64,000 bases of DNA, taken from the NCBI RefSeq assembly GCF_902652985.1, contig NC_047030.1, forward strand, positions 13,082,001 through 13,146,000, in the 5' to 3' direction. Numbering within the stretch: position 1 is the first letter of the stretch; every line of letters begins with the position of its first letter. The notes beneath the pieces were generated by a model. It saw nothing but the letters and a program-made list of their open reading frames with translations, did no database searches and was not told the DNA's origin. Source of the stretch: Pecten maximus (taxonomy: Eukaryota). Below, one piece after another: positions 28,325-38,835 of the stretch. The translations under genes and the position numbers were made by a program.

Positions 28325-28983
28325 GTGAGAAATAAGACACATTTTATCTTAGCTTTAAGTATGAAATATTTTAAAACATTTTGAGTACTTAAAACGGACC
28401 GTTTTTTGAAAGTACATATGCGTTTAGGTAACATGATTCCGGGGTAAACGCTTATTAGGCCAATGTATTTAAACGTTTTATGATGGATTTGAAAAGTTCT
28501 TCACTATGCTTATTAGGAATAAGTTCACGAAACAGATTACAAAGTTGTAGACGTGTATAAAGGGCACCATGACATAAGTTGTTTGGGATTCATTTGGGAT
28601 AGAGATTATTTGGTTCAAAATTTTCAAATTGTAATCTAATGTAACATCTGTGTAATCTATTTTCATATCGATGAGCATGTTCTTTTTATCCTTTACTCCT
28701 GTTTTGTTTTTGTGATAATTTCGGTAACAGTTGGGATTTAACTTGCCAAATGATTTGTCGTTGATGATAGCCTGGCTGGTTTCATGGCTGAAGAAAATGT
28801 TTAAGATTTTGTTACCCATACATGATCAATTCCTCTTATCATGACAAACATATTACCGTGACGTAAAATGGCACAGAATATGGTTTGAAGGGCGTCTTTT
28901 TCAGCGATTGTGGTTCTGTTCTGCGTCATGGCAGGTATTTATTTACATAAAAACGAAAACTTCATGTCACATATAGATTAATC

Positions 28984-29108
28984 CTGACCTTTCAGTACCC
29001 CTCACCGTTTTACGTCACGGCAATACTGACCTTTCAGTATCCTTCACCGTTTTACGTCACGGTTATCCTGACCCTTCGGTACCCCTCACCGTTTTACGTC
29101 ACGGTAAT
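28984..29108 (+). repeat. 42-bp tandem repeat x3, each with TTACGTCA
   Basis: ctgacctttcagtacccctcaccgttttacgtcacggcaata at 28984, 29026, 29068. Confidence 0.9.
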
Positions 29109-30199
29109 ACGTTCGTCACGATGATATGCACGGACCCTGTATCCTTCTTCTTTCCAAAATTTATCGTGAGATATTCTAAAATGATTGGTAAAATTGGTCG
29201 TATTAATCAACCATGCACCTTCCGATCTATATTACCTCCTTTCCCCTCAAAATTACCTGAAAGGAAGTCAACCGACGCTTTCAACGTTTTTATACTCCAG
29301 TTGTCCTTTGCACATAACATACACCTTCAGTAACAAGCTCTGCCCAACTCTCAGTGGTGTACTCGGCGGGAATACCCGAGTGTAGTATGGTATTGTTCAC
29401 AGCTAAACAAAGTCGACGAAAAAGTGGGGATATAATCGATTTAGCCAGGGATTTGTAAAGAGTTAAATAAAGTAGATGCATCTTAATTATCTAGAAATTC
29501 CGCTTTAGATGATAAGTTGATTATAAATATCACTTGTACATTGATGTTTACAGATGAAATATATTGAACAGATGGGTGTCAATGTACACATCATGTTATG
29601 CGTGACAGGTGAGTCATTCCATTTTAATTAGATTTAATAAAATTGTCTTTCTAGTGGTATTATTAAATCTGAATGTTCAATTTGGTATTACTATTTTGAA
29701 TGGAAACATGTTTTGCGTACGTAAGTAAGCTTAAATATCTATATGAATATCTATATAACCGGTTCCTCTCTTGTGTTTAATATATTGACTCCGGAATTTC
29801 AGCGTATTTATTTCGTGGTTCCAAACTGCCGGTGATCTGCTGTTGCTATTGAAAAATATAGTAGCCTTTGAGTTCATACTATCAATTTACCACTGACTGT
29901 ACATACTAAGGGGTTACAACACGATGAAGATATAATGAATCAACTGAACATGCATATTTCATCATCTCATCAGTTATTTTGAGTTATGATTCGCGGACAA
30001 ATTATCTATCCCAATGCAAAGGAAAGTGTGTGTACCTATTCTACTCCGCTTTATTACAACCTGTTACACCCGAGTCATATTTCCTGTGTCATTTTCGATT
30101 AGTATGAAATGAAATAGCTCTAGGTTTAAAGAGGGCTTTCCTTTATTTTTACATGGGGGACTTGGGCGTGGGCAGGATCCTCTTCAGTCCAATGTCGAA

Positions 30200-30540
30200 C
30201 GCCATATGGCTCCGATCCCATACCAGCTCTAAAGCCTACCTGGTCTTCCCTAATATATTTATCTACTTCCGTCACAATGCTTATGCTGTTGTTGAGGTAG
30301 CAGCTTGATGCTTCTCCATTATCCAAACCCCTGTCTTAGGCAGTTTCACATAAAGCTTTCTGTTCTAATAGGTCGGTACCTTCTCTTCATTCCATGCTAT
30401 TCTTATCAGTTCACGCATCTTTGTTGGTGATATTTCAATATCTGCTCCTTTATTGATAATATTGTCGATTCCTGGCGCTTTCCCGTTCTTCAGCTCTCCG
30501 AGTCCACTTACTTCCGCATGTATTTGCGGGCCTTCATCAA
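30200..30540 (-). mobile_element. Degraded RTE-type LINE ORF2 (RT) fragment
   Basis: Minus-strand peptides LKNGKAPGIDNI, WNEEKVP, VKLPK.G and VDKYIREDQVGFRAG, with stops and frameshifts. Confidence 0.75.
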
Positions 30541-30904
30541 ATCGAGTTCTGCTGCAATAATAGTCTCACCATTTGCTGCCTCTGATGTGTTCCGGTCTAC
30601 GGTACTTACTTCGTTAGGGGTTTCCTTGGCTTGTTGTCTCTGACACTATCAACTTGCCTTGTTCTGTTATCACAGATGTGTTATATGTATAGGTATCTAA
30701 TACATAGGTGTTTAATTTGCAAAAATAATGGAATATGAGTAATGGTGTTTTATTGTAATATCACTTTTTTCTCACAACGTCTCCGTAGGTGTAACATTAC
30801 AGTAAATTTCTTAATTTGTGGACCCCTTAAATGATGTCTTAGTTAAGTATACAAAATAAATGTTCATATGATTTTTATATTCACAAGAAAATGATAACTT
30901 TCTC

Positions 30905-30999
30905 AATTGAGTTGCTCTTGAGACAAATTCAACATGAACTGCTTCGCAGTTCATTAAATTTGTCTCAAGAGCAACTCAATTCATGACCTCATGAATCGA
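30905..30999 (-). mobile_element. Isolated hairpin fragment of the 39937-40484 element
   Basis: Near-identical to the 39937-40095 hairpin core in opposite orientation (loop gcttcgc). Confidence 0.8.
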
Positions 31000-32291
31000 T
31001 TAATCCGTTGATTTCATTTTCAAATATAATCTAATATCTCTTTTTTTATTTTAATATCTTTACAGCGTTGTCCCTAACTATGCTGACCGCCAAAACTGAT
31101 GCAAATTACATTTCTATTACGGAAACTTCAACGATTACCACGCAAGCTTTTACCACTGTCACTACTTCACCGCCAACGACTGCCGTGCAAACGACTTCAG
31201 TTAATCCCAATCCAACGACAGTAACCATGATGACCTCCACTGCTATGATTCCTGCTCTACTACCAATCGAACCGATTCTAGTGCTTCAAAATGTGACGGA
31301 GGATTTGTCGTGAAAAACAGTGTTATGTCCATCATATCTGTACTATATATTGTATACAATTGTTGACAATAACCAATCATAAGGTAATGCTAGACAAGAC
31401 GCCTTTCAGAATGTCTATATAATGTATTCATCATAGGGTTTTCTATTGATGCATCAAAAGGATGTGAAGAACGGATATCGATGCCTAGGTATTTTACCGG
31501 ATTGGTAGATGACGCCCTATTCTCACAAGGATTGTGCTGGCATGGTTAATGGGTGCCGTAATGAATACCGGTCTCTGTTACAATAACATTGTTTTTGTCT
31601 TATAATTCTACATATCTGTTTGAATTTAAATTATTTAATGATAGCGAATATAGCGAAATTAAAATACCTGCATATATTATCAACTTTAGTGCTTGAAATA
31701 GTAAGTATGCTGTAATGTAGAATCATACACAAAACAGAATAGTTGTGTTGTTACCAAACATTTATACAAGTTCATATTTCACCACTTGAGAAACTGGAAG
31801 ATAATTCATTCATGATAACAGCCAGAGTCCCTGTTCATGGTGACAAATAGACAAAGAGATCATGTGGTATGTAACCTTTATAATCCTCCACACTGCCACA
31901 TCTTGTTTATTTATAGCATGTAGGTTACACGAGTGTCCCTATACATTATTTTATCTTGATGTCTAAAGCTATCGCTAAAGCAAAACAACATTTTTGTAAA
32001 TGTTCATGACAAGCAATTGTATTAGTAGTAGGTTAAAACAGTTCGTGTCACGGTTGAGAATGAGAATGTTGGGCATATTTACTCAATCATGTTATAATAA
32101 ACAAACAAACCAAATACCTATTTGATGTATATCTCTTCTTGGGTCCAATTTATTCTTGCATTATTAATATATGAAATATCTTTCACTCGTATGGCAGAAT
32201 TTTGTTTTTATTAAAATAATATCTGTCATACACGTGAAATATAATTGATTGTAAACGGCTAGCTTTTGACTATCCCCTTTACACAACTCCT

Positions 32292-32446
32292 GGGGGCCTC
32301 GGTGGCCGAGTGGTGAAGACACTTTAACACTAGTTTCCAATTTTGCGAGTTCGAAACCTACGTGGGGCAGTTGCCTAGTACTGACCGTAGGCAGTTTGTT
32401 TTTCTCCGGGTACTCCGGCTTTCCTCCACCTCTAAAACCAGTCCTT
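32292..32446 (+). mobile_element. tRNA-derived V-domain SINE, internally deleted and 3'-truncated
   Basis: A-box TGGCCGAGTGG, B-box GTTCGAAAC, tttctccgggtactccggctttcctcca; matches 55900-56113. Confidence 0.9.
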
Positions 32447-33420
32447 TCTAACAATCAGCCTGCCAAACCTTAAGGTTGGGATGTTTTCGAGAAAAAAAAC
32501 CTTGAATAATCATGTTACGTTTGTTTGCGTACCATATGCAAAGATTAACAACCATAGAATAATAAAATTTCAAGAGATATGAGTTTAATTTCTAAAGTAG
32601 TTTAACTTGCGTTCTCGCGGCAATCAATCAGGCAAAACATGTCCAAATGACAACTCACCAAATTATCTTAGCGTCAATAGGTGAAAAGGAATTCCCGGTA
32701 GCCTGAGCTAGCTAGCAAGGTTACCTTAAATCTCTACTTTTATATTACTCCCTCTTGAACAAGGTATTCGCTCCTGAAGACAACCACAACGCAGTCTTTA
32801 ACTCCTTTATCTCATACAGCTTGGAGTGGTCAATAGCACCAGATCGGTAATAAGAAAAGAATACACCCCGTGCTGGGAACTGACGACCTCTCGCTCTTTG
32901 AGTAGACATACTACTACTAGAGTAAAAAGAACCAACATGAGAGAGTAAGGTGACCTTATGGACCGAGACCACAATTAGCTTCGCTATATGTTTCATTGTA
33001 ACATTAAAATTCATAATAAATTCCCAAAATCACAAATGCAACTTTCCATCTCACCTGGCCAAGACCAACATCTGAGAAGCAAAATATAAAAGTTTCAACC
33101 CAGCATGTTGGGCATTTTCTGGAGATAGCTGTCAAAATGTGTCACCAACGTGGATTATATACATCCGGGTCAGGGGTAGAGGTCAAATCAGGACTCATCA
33201 CACAGGGTCCTGGAGCACATAATAAATGATCAATATTATTATTTTACATCACAAAACCTAGATTGACATCACTACTATAAATCCACATTAAATTCATCAA
33301 CAAAAATCAAGTTCAAAGAGGTATTTGATTTGTTTTCCTAAAATACCTACATTTTTGAGAGGACTTCATTCGTGGGGCCTGAACCCGGAAGTACTTAATT
33401 GTGGTATCAGTCCTATTATA

Positions 33421-33877
33421 GGGACCACAGAACCAAATCAAAAATATATTGTGGGTTTTCCCCGTTCGGGCAGAAGATTGGATAGGAAGGTGAATGCATC
33501 GGGGCCTACTGATTGGATAATTTAGGTAAGAGAAGTTTCCAAAGTTTTATGTGTGGACTGGGCAATACATGTAGATGTAAAATGATAGAGAAAAATAGTT
33601 ATATTTTTCTAGCCTGTTTTTGCCAGGGGGAGTTAATTAAGAGTGTATTTTGTTGTAAATTTACGTGCATTTTTGGTGCTGAATTCAATACAAGATGGTG
33701 GCTCCCATATAAAAAAATTCAAATTGGTAGAATTGTTAATAATTCTATTTACAGGTTTCCGAGATGACATTCTTCAAAATTATGGCTAGTGGACCAGTGT
33801 TGAAAACTCCTTTTAAGCAGGACAGTGGTAAACGTTAACACTATCGTCTATGGGAAACTATTTGGTTCCGTGGTCCC
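33421..33877. mobile_element. Non-autonomous DNA transposon with 18-bp TIRs
   Basis: GGGACCACAGAACCAAAT ... ATTTGGTTCCGTGGTCCC (1 mismatch), TATA on both flanks. Confidence 0.8.
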
Positions 33878-35874
33878 TATACACTCCAGCTTTACAACTC
33901 TTAGTTGGTCAACAACTTCCGCCAAAGTGATGTCTGTTATTCAGCGAGTCAACACATGACTACAAAACATTGTCTGTATTCCATCATGGGAGATTCGGCT
34001 ATATGTACTGGTATTATAGAGGAAAATGCAATGAGATAACTGGGAAAAGTCCAGTGTAAGCAGATGTCACATTTATCAAAATGTATAGATCTAGTAGGTT
34101 TGACAGAATATAAACCACATGCTGAGTGAAATAGAATCTGATGTAATAAATATTAAGTACAATTATTTATAAGTTTCTGTTTTATAAGTTTGAAAGCATA
34201 TGCAGTCGTCTTTTTTAGGAATTGTTCATGTCCGAATCGATAAATGATAAAAAACGAGAGTAAATCTTTCTAAGACGAACATGCTTGATACGAATTTCTG
34301 TTGATGACGAACTAAATCAAAAACCGCGAATACCGGTTTTCCTTATTGATTTAAAACCTTTTATGAATTCCGAATTCAAGTAATGATTTCATCTGATCCA
34401 GAAGAATTCCTTATGATAAAAGTGTTCTGTCAAAGCGTTTAAAAGTCATGTGTACTATGTAAAGAAACAACTATCTCATAATCATGCGGTGTTTACAGAA
34501 ATACGGTGCTGGATACCATTTGTCATTTCTCCTATTAAACAGAAATGATAATTGAATAAAACTCTTTGAAAGGAATAAAAAAAAGCATGTATAAATGCTT
34601 AATTAATTAATTGAAGATATTTCCTAAAATACGAAACATACATGTACTTTGAAAGCACTTAAACTATAAAGTGATAACCTATCCTTAAATATCATTGAAA
34701 TATTTAAATGCATTACCGTCAAGCATGGTAATGGAAGATTTGTTTTATTGATAAACATGTTTTGGCATTAAAAGATGAAATTTGTTCAATAGTTTTATAA
34801 AAAAAAGTTCTCTTTCATGAATAAACACATCATTCATCGGTACTTTGTAGTAATGTGACATAACAAACAAACACATGTTGACCTACATTTCTGAGAAAGG
34901 TTCACGAATTAGCATAAGCTTCCTGAACAATAAAAACCAATCGCTACTGAGGCGGATTGGGATGCTAAGGTATCAGAGATCACGGACCGTTTTTGTCTGG
35001 GCGATACACTTTATACTCATTTCCGTGAAATTAGCCTGTTCCTGAAAAAAGATAATATAATATTTATATTAAATATTGTCCGATAGTGTCAAGAAGGCAT
35101 GATTCGAAAAGATAAAGTGTCCCAATTGTTATTGTAATACATTTATGTCTACTCTATTTTAACGAAATTATGTGGATAACACCTTTACCGTCGGTCTTTA
35201 TAGGTAATTGATACTTCACGGACCGTGCTCTGGATTTGTCATATTAAACAAAATAAACTGTATTGGCTCGGTAACCATAAAACCTTCATCAAAAGTTAGA
35301 CTCATTCGAAAATAAGGTGGTATTCAGAATTCAGATCATTTAATTTCTTGCAAAATACAGTTAACGGCTTCTATAACAGGAATCACTTTCAAGTCAATCG
35401 AAATACCTATGTAACAAAAATATCATTAGTCGTAAAAAATAGTAGATTCGATAAACCTGAAGCCAGTGATTAACGGCAATTTTGATTAACTTGGTCATAC
35501 AAGCCCATTACAAGGATGTAATGCCCAAACAATACCAAAATGAGGTTTAGTTTGTATCATGTATGTTAATTCTGAGAAATGACCAGATATGTTAAAGCCT
35601 GAAAAAAAATGAGGAAAAAAAAAAAAAAAAGATGAGCATGGCAAATGTGATTTAATTCAAATTCTTCCTTTTGAACATTACTGTCTGGACTCAATGTAAC
35701 AACCAATTAAAATGTTAGACGACAAAAATCTATCAGGTTATCATGGATACTATTTTGAGGTTTTTCAATTATTTTACTTGAATAAACATATTTTGTATTC
35801 CATAAACAGTTTTGTTATTAAAGTTAATTCAACTACATGTAATATTTTTAAGCAAATATTTACCCTATTTTCAG

Positions 35875-36057
35875 TGTGTTTGATAGTATCAGCGGTAGTT
35901 GTGACTCCAGTAGAATGCCCAAGATCAGTGTCAAAATATCGATGAAGTTCCAAACTTCAAAGGCAGTGCCCCGCCATGCAGAGGAGGATTACTCAAAATT
36001 ATGACTTTATGTTAAACCTTATTCAATTGTATTGCTGTCACAGAATGTATGTTATGA
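35875..36057 (+). pseudogene. Pseudogenised terminal exon of a tiny GPI-type cluster member
   Basis: ctattttcAG phase-1 acceptor; VCLIVSAVVVTPVEC, then after skipping one C QDQCQNIDEVPNFKGSAPPCRGGLLKIMTLC*TLFNCIAVTECML*; SAxxCxGG matches the gene B tail; AATAAA at 36108. Confidence 0.5.
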
Positions 36058-36546
36058 TTATATACTTTAAGATTTTTGTTTCGTGTAGTATCACGCCACT
36101 ATAAATCAATAAACCAGTTACACGAAAACACATTTTTCAAATAGCATATAAAAGGATAACAGAATTTGTGCAACTTTTAATGTATCGTTTATATTACGGA
36201 CATGTGAAAAGCTTTGCCTTTAAATTATGGGAGGCAATCATTTCACAGTTGATAAGACCACATTTTGCCTTGATACTTCAGAATCATTAAAGCGTAACAA
36301 GCTATTAGATTAACATGCAGATTTTTTTAATGGTGTATATAATTATATATATATGTCTGCTTTTGGAGCCGATCTAATAGATAACCGATTTAAGATGAGA
36401 AATTACAAGTGTGCAATGACCAATTTACCTATGACGCAAATAGGAAAGACATTAAAAATGTAAGCTTTTATCACTTTGAAATTATATTGCAGAACCTTTA
36501 ATTCCGTTTGAAATTCTCATGTTTTTGGTCTTTAACTGGAACTAGT

Positions 36547-36780
36547 GGGTTCGCGATGGCCGAGTGGTTAAGGTTTTCCGACACTTTATCACTAGCCCGC
36601 CACCTTTGGGTGGCCAGTTCGGAACACACGTGTAACAGTTGCCAGGCACTGACCAGAGATCAGTGTTTTTTTTTTCTCGTGGTACTCCGGTTTTCATCCA
36701 CCTCCAAAACCTCACACGTCCTTTAATGATTCATCCTGACTGTTCATATGACGTTAAACAAAATACACGAAATCAAACCA
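36547..36780 (+). mobile_element. Older full-length copy of the V-domain SINE
   Basis: Diverged match to 55900-56113 from tRNA head to gacgttaaacaaaa tail. Confidence 0.85.
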
Positions 36781-37150
36781 TGAACTTGCCTACCCCATTT
36801 AATCATATATTATTATATAAAGAGTGTGATTTATTACATGGAAACGTCTAGGCAGTAAGTCATACAATAAATAAATACATAAATGATGGCTGTCCTCTTC
36901 ATGGTTGGAATCTTCCGTATAATAATAGACATCCACATTTAAAGAGTTCCGACTTCCATATAGCGTTAAAGGAAAGATAATCCAAATTAAAACATTTAAA
37001 TACAGAAAAAGTATTTAGGAAGAGAGATCTCCTCATAAGTATGAGGATATTAAACTCAAGATTGAGATGATCGAATCACAGAACAATAAAAGTATTAACA
37101 AAAGATTTATCGTTGAAGTTCGATCTCAAAATCAAAAGAGGCAAAATATG

Positions 37151-37290
37151 TCAAACGCTTCATAGCTAATCGAATGATTAAAATACATCTTGGTGATGGC
37201 AACGGCGTGATGTATATCCAAACGTTCACGCCGATATTTTTGTGTGTCCTGGACTATCCTGATTAAGATATCAATACATTTCCATTATTA
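37151..37290 (+). repeat. 140-bp inverted repeat, left copy
   Basis: Exact reverse complement of 40695-40834. Confidence 0.95.
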
Positions 37291-37821
37291 ACATGAGAAT
37301 AGGACAATATGATTACATATTGTATATAATACCCTTGCATTTTCGCGCTATTACAGAGAGACAAACATGAATTCCCAAGGGGATATCGATCAACATTTGA
37401 AAATAAAAAATAAACAAATAAAAACAACAAAGAATACCGACATCAAAACAAAATCGCCATCATGATAAAAAATTGGTAAAAAGAATGAGAGCAGAGGGAT
37501 AGGTCCTACATAATGTCTTGAAATCATGTAGGCGAAGGATGCTAGCCAGGAAATATCATGGTTTTCCCATCTATCGGTACCAAATCCAGTCTTTGCCTCT
37601 TTGAAATGTTTGTAGGGATTCTTACCAAATGAAAACAGCCTATAGTTGATATAACTCGGTTTATATTTTCCCGCTCGTTACTACCAAAGCCGACGTTGAC
37701 ATATGCATGCTATTACATGACATCCAACTAATCAATTAAGCCAACATGATGTGTTTTGTTGAACTTACATTCTCATTATTAGACATTTGGTACGTATTAT
37801 TTGAATGTGTGGCGAAGGTAT

Positions 37822-38192
37822 GGTTTGGTGTGTATTGTTTAACGTCCTGTTAACAGCTAAGGTTATCAAAAGAAGGCATCTATCGCGTACATGATGCATG
37901 CGTGTAGGGCATGCTGGTGTGGTTTGCGAGGCTGCAATATATTCATGTTTGTCTCCCTGTAATAGTGCAAAAACTGGTGTCGACTTGATACTGCTACCTA
38001 ACTGAGAAAATGCCATTTTTACAGACTCTGGTATATCGTGGAAACATAATCCATGCTTCCTCATAGGAGCGAACGCTCATATAATAGCAAAAAATCAGGA
38101 AAGTGTCAAGGGAGACATTAGAAAGATCGCAAATGTAGTCGCCTCTCACGACCTGCAATATGGGCGGCATGTATGATTTTTATGTCCTACCT
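37822..38192 (-). mobile_element. Degenerate interspersed repeat sharing the SINE 3' tail
   Basis: ttgtttaacgtcctgttaacagctaaggt is the reverse complement of the SINE tail; the body resembles a common scallop repeat (from memory, unverified). Confidence 0.55.
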
Positions 38193-38401
38193 ACATAAAA
38201 TGTGTAATGTAATACAAATATATATTTGCTAGATAAAATGCATGAAATGGACAGATTCAATCAAAAGATAAGTCTAGGTAAACATACCCAGTAATGGACC
38301 TATGTCTGGTCTTAATGGCAATAATTCCCCATGGTTCAGAGACATGTTTTGTATCAACTGAAAACAATATACCCGCGCCATTGTCTAGGAATATCACGAG
38401 A

Positions 38402-38450
38402 TATAAACTGGTTAGTCATATCAGTACTCGGAAATTTTCCTGGACAAAAG
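38402..38450 (+). promoter_or_regulatory. Putative TATA box and short non-coding exon 1 of gene C
   Basis: TATAAA 38402-38407, TCAGT at 38421, strong donor AAG|GTGAGT at 38451. Confidence 0.5.
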
Positions 38451-38835
38451 GTGAGTACATTGTACATAGTGTATTGTTATGTCCTTATCGACATACCAAA
38501 TAGAACCTCTTTTGTAATTTGTATCATTATATCATTATATCATCATAATATTATTTAGATATACCCTTTTATTTGATTTCCATAGTTATAACCTCAAAGA
38601 TGCCAAACGTTTTCAATATGACACCATCTTCAGGTTGCTTTATCCGTTTAAAGGATGTGAAAGTACATCAAAGTACATGAAACGTTTAATTTATTTTCAA
38701 GCGTGTTTTCACTTACGCTGAACCTTCAGATGCAAAGATATATCAAAATAGCAACGAATATTACATTGTAAATCGTTTATTAGTTTACTATTTTTTCAAT
38801 TAAAACAAATATTTATATATAATCTGAATTTCCAG

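Larger units (their letters stand above)
29554..31366 (+). pseudogene. Gene B: short Thr-rich paralog of gene A, frameshifted before the GPI-like tail; exons 29554-29608 and 31066-31313 (31366 if the frame is restored)
   Basis: 55-nt phase-1 exon MKYIEQMGVNVHIMLCVT with the same flanks as A; the A-homologous tail DSSASKCDGGFVVKNSVMSIISVLYIVYNC* lies in a different frame from ~31256. Confidence 0.7.

Noticed and set aside
38601-38636. Minus-strand hammerhead-like CTGAAGA...GAAAACGT
   Set aside because: Stem II relies on wobble pairs and stem I is unconvincing; too degenerate to call
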